In this document: in pieces, positions 40,926 through 49,906 of the stretch
Layout of the letters: every line of letters starts with the position of its first letter
Position numbering within the stretch: position 1 is the first letter of the stretch
Origin: Alphaproteobacteria bacterium
GTDB taxonomy: Bacteria > Pseudomonadota > Alphaproteobacteria > MPNO01
DNA: 64,000 bases
Direction of reading: 5' to 3'
NCBI GenBank assembly: GCA_965248835.1
Contig: CBDFLJ010000002.1
Location: 2,080,001-2,144,000, forward strand
Position numbers and translations under genes: made by a program
Notes under the pieces: model-generated
The model's input: only the letters and a program-made list of their open reading frames with translations
The model's database searches: none
What the model was told of the DNA's origin: nothing

Positions 40926-42697
40926 CGGACCGCGGCGTGGACATCCGCGGGAGCGTCCTTGACAACCTGATGGACGGGGTCATGGTGGTCGAGCTCGGCG
41001 GCTCGATCGGGATGTTCAATCCGGCGGCGGGCCGCATTCTCGGCCTCTCTCCCGACGAGGTGGCGGGAAGGACGTTCGCGGAGCTGTTCATCGCCCGCGA
41101 GGGCTTCGACGAGTTCACCGAGCTCATCCTGGACGCCGTCGGGAACAGGGGCGAAGGCGGCCGGCAGGTGGTTGCCCTGCATGCCGGCGGCGAGGCGCGG
41201 TCGCTTTCGGTGGCGACCTCGTATCTCAGATCGACCCGCGACGGCGCCGTCGAGCCGGTCGCCGTGATCGCCGTGTTCAGCGACATCACCGAGGTCCGTG
41301 AACTGCGCGAGACCGAGCTGCGCATGGCCAAGGCGGCGGAGGCGCAGCACGCCGAGCTGCAGACGGCCTACCGGCAGATCGAGGAGCGTAACGAGACGCT
41401 GGCCGCGACGTTGAAGAAGGTCCAGGTGGCGCGGGTGCTGGCAACGGTCCTGGTGATCGGGGTATTCCTGGGGGCCGGGGTCTACACTTGGAAACCCCTC
41501 GACCTGTTCGGCGGCTCATCGACACCGGCCGTCGTGTCGTCGGCCGATGCCGGCGTTGGCGAAGGCCAGCGCACGATGGAGGTCGAGCCGCGGCCGGTGC
41601 GCACGACGATCTCGCTGGTGGGCAAGCTGGCGCCCTGGCGCAAGGTGAGCGTCACGAGCCCGGTCGAAAGCCGCATCGGGAAGGTGCACTTCCAGTACGG
41701 CCAGAAGGTCGTGAAGGGCACGCTTCTGGTTGAACTGGACATCGCCGAGACCAATCGCGAGTACCGCGAGGCCCGGGTTGCTTATATCGACGCGCTGAAG
41801 AAGTTCGAGGCCATCGAGGATTGGGAGAACGGCCCCGAGATGGCCGACGCCCGGCGGTCGTTCACCCGGGCGAAGCTGGAGCTCGAGAGTCAGGAGAACC
41901 GGCTGAAGCGGACCGCGTTCCTTCTGAAGCAGGGGCTGGTCGCCTCCTCCGAGCACGAGGACGCGCAGCGGCAATATCGGGGCCAGCAACTGGACGTCGA
42001 GGCGGCTCGGCAGGACTTCGAGGCGGCGCGGGCCAGGGGCGGTCAGGAGGCGCGGGACAAGGCCGAGCTGGAGCTGGGCATTGCCCGCGAGAAGATGCGC
42101 GAGCTCGAGCAGAGCCTGCAGCGGAGCGCGATCCATGCGCCGCTCACCGGCGTCGTCCTCGCGCCGGCCGGGGTCGGCGACAGCAGTCTCACCGCGGGCA
42201 AGTCGGTCGAGAGGGGCGGGGTGCTGCTGACGATCGGCGACTTCGCGCGCATCTCTGCGGTTACCAAGGTCGACGAGGTGGATGTTGTGCGAATCAAGGC
42301 CGGCCAGGCGGTTTCGGTCACCGGCAACGCCTTTCCCGGCTTGACGCTGGGAGGAATTGTGACCCACGTCTCGTCGCAGGCGGAGGCGCGGTCGCGGGGC
42401 GCGCCCGAGTTCAGCGTGGTCGTGACGCTCGATCCTCTCGAGGCTGCGCAGCAGGGGCGGCTGCGGGCCGGGATGTCGAGCAATCTGAAAATCGTGGTCT
42501 ACCGGAACGACACCGCCCTGCTGGTCCCGATCGACGCCGTGGAACGGCACGGCAGGAAGCACCGGTTGCGGGTGGTCGACCGGGAGACCGGCGAGGCGCG
42601 GGCGCGCGAGGTCGAGCTCGGCCCCACCACTCTGGACTCGGTCGAGATCGTCGCCGGCCTCAAGCCCGGCGACGAGATCGTGGTGCCGGCGAACTGA
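40922..42697 (+). CDS. Periplasmic adaptor (MacA/HlyD-like) with N-terminal PAS domain
   Basis: VLDNLMDGVMVV..FNPAAGRILGLS..AVFSDITE (PAS), coiled coil, one TM helix, then YGQKVVKG / IHAPLTGVV lipoyl halves, VDEVDV..IKAGQ, GMS, LLVPIDAV, GLKPGDEIV. Confidence 0.88.
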   Translation: MTDRGVDIRGSVLDNLMDGVMVVELGGSIGMFNPAAGRILGLSPDEVAGRTFAELFIAREGFDEFTELILDAVGNRGEGGRQVVALHAGGEARSLSVATSYLRSTRDGAVEPVAVIAVFSDITEVRELRETELRMAKAAEAQHAELQTAYRQIEERNETLAATLKKVQVARVLATVLVIGVFLGAGVYTWKPLDLFGGSSTPAVVSSADAGVGEGQRTMEVEPRPVRTTISLVGKLAPWRKVSVTSPVESRIGKVHFQYGQKVVKGTLLVELDIAETNREYREARVAYIDALKKFEAIEDWENGPEMADARRSFTRAKLELESQENRLKRTAFLLKQGLVASSEHEDAQRQYRGQQLDVEAARQDFEAARARGGQEARDKAELELGIAREKMRELEQSLQRSAIHAPLTGVVLAPAGVGDSSLTAGKSVERGGVLLTIGDFARISAVTKVDEVDVVRIKAGQAVSVTGNAFPGLTLGGIVTHVSSQAEARSRGAPEFSVVVTLDPLEAAQQGRLRAGMSSNLKIVVYRNDTALLVPIDAVERHGRKHRLRVVDRETGEARAREVELGPTTLDSVEIVAGLKPGDEIVVPAN

Positions 42698-42712
42698 GCC
42701 GGGGGCGCCGCG

Positions 42713-43417
42713 GTGCTTCAGCTGCTGGACATCGAGAAGTCCTACAGGCTCGGGACCATGAACATCGAGGTCCTTCGCGGGGTCTGCCTGGAGGTGGCGA
42801 AAGGAGACCTGCTGTCGATCATGGGGCCTTCGGGAAGCGGCAAGTCGACGTTGATGAACATCATCGGGCTGCTGGGCCGCCCGACGGCGGGGTCGTATTT
42901 TCTGAACGGGCGCGACGTCCGGTCGATGAAGGACCGGGAGCTGTCGGCCTACCGCAACGCCAATATCGGCTTCGTGTTCCAGTCGTTCCAGCTGTTGGGG
43001 CACTTGACGGCGCTGGAGAACGTGGCCGTCCCGCTGGTGTACCGGGACATGGGCCGGGGCGAGATCCGGCGCCGGGCGCGGGCGATCCTGGAGAAGGTCG
43101 GCATGGGGGACCGCGCCGGGCACAAGCCGGACCAGCTATCCGGCGGGCAGAAGCAGCGGGTCGCGATCGCCCGGGCGCTGGTCGGCGAGCCCGCCGTGCT
43201 GCTCGCCGACGAGCCGACGGGGGCCCTGGATTCCGGCACCGCCGAGGAGGTCATGGAGCTGCTGACCCGGCTGAACGTCGAGGACCGGATCACGATCGTG
43301 ATCATCACGCACGACCCCTCGATCGCCCGGCAGTGCAGGCGGCAGACCCGGATCGACGACGGCGTACTGCATGAGATCGCGCAACCTCAGGACATAGGAA
43401 CGCGATGCGGCAGCTAG
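42713..43417 (+). CDS. ABC transporter ATP-binding protein (MacB/LolD type)
   Basis: GPSGSGKST, IGFVFQSF, LSGGQKQR, LLADEPTGALD, IITHD. Confidence 0.95.
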   Translation: MLQLLDIEKSYRLGTMNIEVLRGVCLEVAKGDLLSIMGPSGSGKSTLMNIIGLLGRPTAGSYFLNGRDVRSMKDRELSAYRNANIGFVFQSFQLLGHLTALENVAVPLVYRDMGRGEIRRRARAILEKVGMGDRAGHKPDQLSGGQKQRVAIARALVGEPAVLLADEPTGALDSGTAEEVMELLTRLNVEDRITIVIITHDPSIARQCRRQTRIDDGVLHEIAQPQDIGTRCGS

Positions 43418-44625
43418 GCCCCGCCCTGACAACCAACCTGCGGGAAGCGGCGCGCAGCCTTTACGGCGCCAGGCTGCGCACGCTCCTGGGGCTGATCGGC
43501 ATCATGATCGGGATCGCTTCGGTGATCACGATGATCTCGACGGGAGAAATCGCGACGGCCCAGGCGCGCAAGGAGTTCGAGGCGCTCGGCACCGATATCC
43601 TCACCATCCGCAAGTCCGACGACCTGATGACGGCGGAGGCCCGGCGGCGGGGGATCGCCATCGGCCTCGGCGACGCCCTGGAGGTCGCGGACGCGGTCCC
43701 GTCGGTCGCCGAAGCGGCGCCCCGGATCCGGTCGCAAGGCGGATTCGCCTATGCCGGCAAGCGTGTCGGCAACGGCGCCCTCCAGGGGGTGACGGCTTCC
43801 TTCGCGAGCGTGAACAAGCTGCGGGTGGCCGAGGGGCGGTTCGTGTCGGATTTGGATGTCGACCGCTATTACGGCGTGGTCGGCGCGGACATCGCAAACG
43901 CCATGCGCCGCCGCGGGGCGGGCGCGGTCGTCGGCAAGGTGCTGGAGATCGGCGGGCGCCTGTTCACGGTCGTAGGCGTGCTGGAGGCCAGGCCGGAGAG
44001 CTATGCGCTGCCGTTCCAGGTCGAGGCGAACGAGTCCGTGTTCGTGCCGATCACCACCGCGCGGCGGATTTCACCCCGTGCGGAGATCCAGCTGATCATC
44101 GCCCGCGTGCGGGCCGGCGTTCATTACTCGGCCGCCGCCCGGGACGTGCAGGCCTATTTCGGCAAACGGACCAGGGGGCTGGCGGTCGAGGTCACGAGCG
44201 CCGAACAACTGATCGAGCAGATGGAATCGCAGCTCGGCCTGATGACCCTTCTGCTCGGCGCGGTCGGCAGCATCAGCCTCATCGTCGGCGGCATCGGGGT
44301 CATGAACATCATGCTGATCTCTGTTGCAGAGCGGCGTCGGGAGATCGGGATCCGGCGCGCGCTGGGCGCCAGCCGCGGGGACATCCAGGGCCAGTTCCTG
44401 ATGGAGGCCGTCATCCTGACCTTGGGCGGGGGGATGGCCGGCCTGGTGTTCGGGACGGGGGCCACCTATGGGATCTGCCAGTTCACCAGTTGGGACTTTT
44501 TCATATCGCCGGTGTCCGTCATAGCCGGGATCGGCGTCTCGACCATCGCGGGCGTCTTCTTCGGCTTCCAGCCCGCCTATCAGGCGGCCCGCCTCGACCC
44601 GATCATCGCCCTGCAGGGAGGATAG
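43405..44625 (+). CDS. ABC transporter permease (MacB/FtsX type)
   Basis: LGLIGIMIGIASV, large periplasmic domain, VGGIGVMNIMLISVAERRREIGIRRALGA, PAYQAARLDPI. Confidence 0.95.
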   Translation: MRQLGPALTTNLREAARSLYGARLRTLLGLIGIMIGIASVITMISTGEIATAQARKEFEALGTDILTIRKSDDLMTAEARRRGIAIGLGDALEVADAVPSVAEAAPRIRSQGGFAYAGKRVGNGALQGVTASFASVNKLRVAEGRFVSDLDVDRYYGVVGADIANAMRRRGAGAVVGKVLEIGGRLFTVVGVLEARPESYALPFQVEANESVFVPITTARRISPRAEIQLIIARVRAGVHYSAAARDVQAYFGKRTRGLAVEVTSAEQLIEQMESQLGLMTLLLGAVGSISLIVGGIGVMNIMLISVAERRREIGIRRALGASRGDIQGQFLMEAVILTLGGGMAGLVFGTGATYGICQFTSWDFFISPVSVIAGIGVSTIAGVFFGFQPAYQAARLDPIIALQGG

Positions 44626-44707
44626 CGCGCCCGCGCGGCCCCCTCGGCGGCGCAGGACGGAGACTGGCTGCGAGGACGGCAGCGTGACGAAGCGCGCCCC
44701 TGACGCC

Positions 44708-45000
44708 AATCCGCATCCTCGCCGCCGGGCCGATCTCCGGACAGGTCTTCGCCGTCTTCCGGATCGCGTTCGGGCCTGCCGACGCTGCACGACATGGTGC
44801 ACGTCCTTTGGGTCGGCCGGCCGACCGGCTTCCATGTCGAGCGCGACATTTCCTTCCCGTATCAGGGGCTTGAGATCCCATGCCGTCCCGCCCCCGACTC
44901 CACTGGCTCCGGGCCGGGTGCGGGGTCTGCTGCCTGCGCGTCGCGCCGGGCGCTCTACCGTGCCGCCGTCCGGGGCTTCGACGTGGTAGATCGCCGGACG
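44708..45000 (+). pseudogene. Degraded 5' fragment of an HTTM-domain (vitamin K-dependent carboxylase-like) gene
   Basis: Across frameshifts: GPISGQVFAVFRIAFG, ISFPYQGLE, GALYRAA. Confidence 0.45.
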
Positions 45001-45051
45001 CAACCTCACATTGCTTCCGCGACCTGGCCCGCACGGCTTGCGGGTGTAAGC

Positions 45052-45080
45052 TTGACAGTGAGGCGCCGCTGCTGGACATT
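45052..45080 (+). promoter_or_regulatory. Conserved promoter of Cys-rich gene family (copy 1)
   Basis: TTGACA-N17-GACATT; TTGACA also at 46559, 47458, 49409-49414 (-) and 54311-54316 (-), upstream of every paralog. Confidence 0.65.
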
Positions 45081-45160
45081 CCCGGCAGCGTCAGGCGAGC
45101 AGGCCCACTGTCCGGCCCGTGCCATGGCGATGCCCCGGCACGGAACAGGAGGGTCCGAAA

Positions 45161-45733
45161 ATGAAGTGGAATGCAGACCCACGCGCTCTCGGCAGTGTTC
45201 GCGCTCGCCTTGGCGGCGGCTGCTTGCCGGTCAGGCTCACGCCGCCTGCGGAGGCAGCCAGAGAATAGATCACGACGACGTCAACTGCCTGGAGGCCGGT
45301 TGGACAAACCACAATTTTCCGATTAAGGGTGACGCCCATGCCCGGAGCCAATGCTCTGCATATGGAAGGGTTCGTCGTAAAGGTCGACAGAATATCTGGC
45401 AGCGACTGGACATGGCATTTGACCAGCAGCAGCACGAGAGAGGACAGCGGCGGTTACAAAATCAGGGAGATTTCCTGCTGTTCCGACCTGAGCGATCTCT
45501 GCGACACGTCGGACATGGACGACGACGGCTGCCTTGACAACTTCCGTAAGAGTAACGCGGATGATTCATGCAAGGATGAATCCGCCAGCTTCACTAGCCC
45601 CGACCAGTGCAGGATCGACGCGAGATGTATAGCGTGGAATCACTCCATTGAGCCGACAAACATCACCGTTCGCTATAAAGAAGTCCGAGATCTCCAAAAT
45701 TGTAATTCCGTTCTGACAGTCGGAGGGTGTTGA
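45161..45733 (+). pseudogene. Secreted Cys-rich protein, copy 1 (three +1 insertions)
   Basis: Compared with copy 2: extra bases at about 45175, 45221 and 45371; TAG at 45266 in the start frame; corrected product has all 12 Cys and ends NCNSVLTVGGC. Confidence 0.85.
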
Positions 45734-45815
45734 CTGACCCGGGGGTTCTGCGGCGGCCACCGGACTGATGTCCGGCGGCGGGCTCGAAAACATCGCGCCG
45801 CCGCACCGATCCTGA

Positions 45816-45962
45816 TCGCAGGATCACAGTCGTGATCGTCGCCGTGGCTGTATCGTCGTCATAATCCGTCACCCGATAGGTGTAGCTACCCGGTGTATCC
45901 GCGGTTGCGGTGTCGGACAGCACACGGGTGCCGGCGTCGAACGCCAGCCCGTCAGGCCCTCG
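45816..45962 (-). pseudogene. Fragment of a putative Ig (He_PIG / cadherin-like) domain
   Basis: PDGLAFDAGTRVLSDTATADTPGSYTYRVTDYDDDTATATITTVI. Confidence 0.6.
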
Positions 45963-46070
45963 GTGGAAACGCGCCTGCCGAAATGTCTTGCCCACCAACA
46001 GCCAACCAAACCCGACCGTCTCCTATGCCATGAACCAGGACATCGGATTGACACGGGCGCGCAACCCGAG

Positions 46071-46154
46071 CGGGCGCGCTATTCGCCCTGTAGAGCGACG
46101 ATCGGGTCGAGGCGAGCCGCCTGGTAAGCGGGCTGGAAGCCGAAGAAGACGCCC
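46071..46154 (-). repeat. Inverted, diverged copy of the 3' end of the MacB-type permease gene
   Basis: Reverse complement encodes GVFFGFQPAYQAARLDPIVALQGE-stop followed by cgcgcccg, matching 44550-44633. Confidence 0.92.
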
Positions 46155-46986
46155 CTGACGCGCATCCGCATCCTCGCCGCCGGGCCGATCTCCGGACAGG
46201 TCCTCGCCGTCTTCCGGATCGCGTTCGGTCCTGCCGACGCTGCACGACATCGTGCACGTCCTTTGGGCCGGCCGGCCGACCGGCTTCCATGTCGAGCGCG
46301 ACATTCCCTTCCCGTACCGGAGGCTTGAGGTTCCGCCCATGGCGCCCCCTGACTCCACCGGCTCCGGGCCGGTGCGGGGTCTGCTGCCTGCGCGTCGCGC
46401 CGGGCGCTCTACCGCGCCGCCGTCCGGGGCTTCGACGCGACCTTCATCTACTTCTTCCTCCGCGGCCAGATACTCTACCGCAACCATCTCTACATGATCG
46501 CCGGGCGCAACCTCACATTGCTTCCGCAACCTGGCCCGCACGGCTTGCGGGTGTAAGCTTGACAGTGAAGCGCCGCTGCTGGACATTCCCGGCATCGCCA
46601 TGGCACGGAACAGGGGGTCGGAAAATGAAGTGGAATGCGACCCAGGCGGTCTCGGCGGTGTTCGTGCTCGCATTGACGGCGGCGCTTGCCGGTCAGGCCC
46701 ATGCCGCCTGCAGCGAAGGCCAGAGAATAGATCACGAGGACGTCAACTGCCTGGAGGCCGGTTGGACAAACCACAATTTTCCGATTAAGGGTGACGCCCA
46801 TGCCCGGAGCCAATGCTCTGCATATGGAAGGGTCGTCGTAAAGGTCGACAGAATATCTGGCAGCGACTGGACATGGCATTTGACCAGCAGCAGCAAGAGA
46901 GAGGACAGCGGCGGTTACAAAATCAGGGAGATTTCCTGCTGTTCCGACTTGAGCGATCTCTGCGACACGTCGGAAATGGACGACGA
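46151..46986 (+). repeat. Segmental duplication, copy B
   Basis: Matches 44696-45525; keeps an extra segment encoding TFIYFFLRGQILYRNHLYM (HTTM-like). Confidence 0.9.
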
Positions 46987-47221
46987 TTCGTGCCTCGACC
47001 GGTTCCGGGCCAGCGCCGCGGGTGAGACATGCGAGGATGTATCCGCCAGCATCAATGGCGACCAAGAGTGCACGATCAACGCACAGTGTGAAACTTACAT
47101 ACGGCATAGTTTGGCGAGTGAACCTCAGAGGTGGATGGTGTCGGCAAGCACCACCGTGAGTTGGCGCGACGTTAAAGATCTCCGCAATTGCAAGGGCGAG
47201 CTGAAAGTCCGACGGTGTTGA
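46625..47221 (+). CDS. Secreted Cys-rich protein, copy 2 (198 aa, 12 Cys)
   Basis: MKWNATQAVSAVFVLALTAALAGQAHA signal peptide (AHA site); motifs VVVKVD, WTWHL, CCSDLSDLC, DLRNCKGELKV. Confidence 0.88.
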   Translation: MKWNATQAVSAVFVLALTAALAGQAHAACSEGQRIDHEDVNCLEAGWTNHNFPIKGDAHARSQCSAYGRVVVKVDRISGSDWTWHLTSSSKREDSGGYKIREISCCSDLSDLCDTSEMDDDSCLDRFRASAAGETCEDVSASINGDQECTINAQCETYIRHSLASEPQRWMVSASTTVSWRDVKDLRNCKGELKVRRC

Positions 47222-47537
47222 CTGACCGGGAGGTCTGCGGCGGTCACTGTTCTGACGCCCCGCTTCTCCACGAACCCGCCCGATTGCGGGGAAAGAAGGC
47301 GCTCGCTCAAAACAGGATATAGCGCGTCAATTCGAGCGAAATAACCGCCGGTGATGCTGCAGCAGCATCGTGCGAAGCCCTCGATCGGCCGTGCCGGGCG
47401 CCGCATGTGCGCTGCCCGACGGCGCCGTACGGGCATCCTTAACCTTCCCGCACAGCCTTGACAGTTGCGCGCCGCCGCCGGAGAGTCCCGGCGATGGGCA
47501 GGTGAACGCCCCGGCCACTGAGCAGGAGGATCCGAAA

Positions 47538-48140
47538 ATGAATTGGAATGCAGCCCATGCGGTCTCGGCGGTGTTTGCGCTCGCATTGACGGCGGTGCTT
47601 GCCGGTCAAGCCCATGCCGGCTCCTGCGAAGGCAGCGACAGAATAGACCGCGACGACGCCGAATGCCTGGACGCCAATTGGAATAATCGTAAGGATTTGC
47701 TGAGCAGAGGCGAAGTTTGGGCAACGAACAAATGCTCCGACTACGGAACGGTTGTCGTGAAGGTCGATATAAAAAGCGCCAAGGACAAAACGTGGCATCT
47801 GGACCATGGCAATAAGAAGAAGGAAGGCACGGGCCTTTTCGATACCAGGAGTGTTTCCTGCTGCGCGGATCTGAGCGATCTCTGCAACAAGTCGGACTTA
47901 GCCAATGTCGATTCGTGCGTTGATCGTTGGAGGTACAGCTCGGCGAATGAGTCCTGCATCGATACATCCGTCGCCGTCAATGACGACCTAGAGTGCGTGT
48001 TCACCTCGCGGTGTCGCAATTTGGATGGGGATCGTAATTCGTCAACCATAGCCGCGAGCTGGCCCGACACGGTAGATCTCCACAACTGCGATGGCGTTCT
48101 GAGACTTGTGAAATCCGGGTCGTGTCCCGGTTCGAACTGA
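47538..48140 (+). CDS. Secreted Cys-rich protein, copy 3 (200 aa, 12 Cys)
   Basis: RBS AGGAGG; MNWNAAHAVSAVFALALTAVLAGQAHA; VVVKVD, TWHL, CCADLSDLC, DLHNCDGVL. Confidence 0.9.
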   Translation: MNWNAAHAVSAVFALALTAVLAGQAHAGSCEGSDRIDRDDAECLDANWNNRKDLLSRGEVWATNKCSDYGTVVVKVDIKSAKDKTWHLDHGNKKKEGTGLFDTRSVSCCADLSDLCNKSDLANVDSCVDRWRYSSANESCIDTSVAVNDDLECVFTSRCRNLDGDRNSSTIAASWPDTVDLHNCDGVLRLVKSGSCPGSN

Positions 48141-48371
48141 TCGAAAGCGCTGTCGGTCTTTCGCGGCGCGTTTTCTCTTGTCACCCCGGCTCTCCGCTGC
48201 GCGCCGTCCGGGGTGACAAACGGGGGGGGGTCAGCCAGCCGGCGCTATGCCGGGCGGCCCGGCCAAGCCCCGGACCGGAGACCGGGGCGGCAAGTCGGGC
48301 CTGTCGAGGGCGTATCGGGACCGGCCAAGGGACCGCGGATTTCGAACCGGGACACGACCGAAATCTGGAGC

Positions 48372-48410
48372 GTGTTGACTGACCCGGCGTTCTGCGGCGG
48401 CCACCGGAGT
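48372..48410 (+). repeat. Orphan copy of the family's stop codon and 3' tail
   Basis: gtgttgactgacccggcgttctgcggcggccaccgg matches the ends of copy 1 (about 45727-45763) and copy 2 (about 47215-47250). Confidence 0.75.
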
Positions 48411-48737
48411 GGTACCCCGCGGCGCGACGAACCCGACTCGATTACAAGGAGGAAGCGCCAATCAGGTGAGATAGCCGGCAGCGAAGCCGCGGCAGCGTCG
48501 CGGGAAGCCCTCGCGTTGGCCGTGCCGGCCATCCACGGCCCAGGTTGTGCAGGGCGCCGCGCAGGCGCTGTCCGGTGGAGAGATCGACGGTCTCAAGGCG
48601 AATGCCGAGCCCCGCCCTCGGGCGCATTCGACCGATGGCGCGACGCCCGCGCCGAGGAGGTCGACTTCTTCCGGCCCCGCCAGGCCCTCGGCCTTCAAAC
48701 CACCGTCAAGCTGATATCCCCGTCGCGCGCGTGACGC

Positions 48738-49294
48738 TTACCGGGGCGAAAGGCACTCTCCTCCAACGTGCAGATCGCCCGTACAGTTGTCGGGATTTGC
48801 GGTGTCGGACCAGCTCACGGTTACATGTGTCAGTCGATTGACCCCGTGCCCGCACGTATCCAGCATGCATTTTACCGCATCCCGCAATTGATCACGCACT
48901 CATCGCGCCGTTGATGCTGGAGGATGAATCAATCGTAGTCGAGGTCGGACCTGTTGCAAAGATCGCTCAGGTCCGTGCAGCGGTAAACCCGGTTGATCTT
49001 GTAATTGCTTTTGATTTCTCTCGTCTCTCTGCTCGGCAAATGCCGCGTGTAGTCTCGGGCACCCTCCATGTCGAGCTTTGCGGCGACCTTTCCGAGGCCC
49101 GAGCATAGGTCCCAGGCTCTGACGGCGTTCGGGTGCGCCGATGTCTCGTTTTTTCACTCGGCGCGCAGGCATTCCGAGCCCCAGCAGCTCGTTCTCTGGC
49201 CGCCGCCGCAGGCGGCATGGGCCTGAGCGGCAAGCGCCGCCGTCAAGGCGAGCGCGAACACCGCAGAGACCGCATGGGTTGCATTCCACTTCAT
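48738..49294 (-). pseudogene. Secreted Cys-rich protein, copy 4 (nonsense and deletion lesions)
   Basis: MKWNATHAVSAVFALALTAALAAQAHAAC..; TGA in place of conserved Trp at 49154-49156; second stop at 48929-48931; distal VTVSWSDTANPDNCTGDLHVGGEC. Confidence 0.85.
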
Positions 49295-49906
49295 TTTCAG
49301 GTCCTTCAGCTACGTGCTGGGTCATCGCCGTGGCACAAGCCGGACAGCGAGCGTGCGTCCGCGCCGCTCATGTGCCGTCGCCGGGACATTTTCCAGGCAG
49401 CGCGTACCTGTCAAGCCCGCACCCTCGCGACGCGCGGGCGTGGCCGCACGACGCAGTCAGGGCTTGGGCGGGCGCGAGCCGGTGCATGCGATCCGCCACG
49501 GGCTGCGGTCAGGCGATGGGCCGCGAGCATGCCGAACGACAGGCCGGTCAGTCCGCCGAGGTCATCGGCAGCCAGACGATGAAACCGCTGGCCGCAAGCG
49601 TCATTTGGCAGTGGATATCGCCCGCGCATGGCCGACGTCCGGCAGCAATCCGGTGATCGTATCACGGTCAAAACAGGAAAACACGCCCACCGTCAGAACC
49701 TCATGACGCGTGGCAAGCGCGTTCGCCGTCACACTGTCGAACCTGTCAATGTCACACGACAGACACTACAATCGAACAGGCATCCGGTTCCGGATATGCC
49801 GGGTCAGGACGCGAGGCTCCCCCACGGTGGTGCGGCAGCCGCCCAGCGCATCCCTTCCGGATGATAAGCCATCTTCTGTGCTTGTGGTTCAGCAAGTGTT
49901 GCGGAC

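Larger units (their letters stand above)
44696..45525 (+). repeat. Segmental duplication, copy A (HTTM-like remnant, promoter, leader and N-domain of Cys-rich gene)
   Basis: Aligns with 46151-46986 from gcccctgacgc through ..atggacgacga; near-identical in the coding part. Confidence 0.9.

Noticed and set aside
45161-48140. RiPP precursor peptides
   Set aside because: The leaders are classical Sec signal peptides with an AxA site, the products are about 170-aa folded domains, and no intact RiPP maturase or peptidase-containing transporter is present
44696-48440. CRISPR array, integron cassette array or diversity-generating retroelement
   Set aside because: The repeats are long gene-associated duplications without regular spacers or attC structure; no cas, integrase or reverse transcriptase gene is present; differences between copies are not adenine-specific
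49154-49156. Selenocysteine at the in-frame TGA of Cys-rich copy 4
   Set aside because: Aligns to a conserved Trp (TGG) in paralogs, not Cys, and the gene has other lesions
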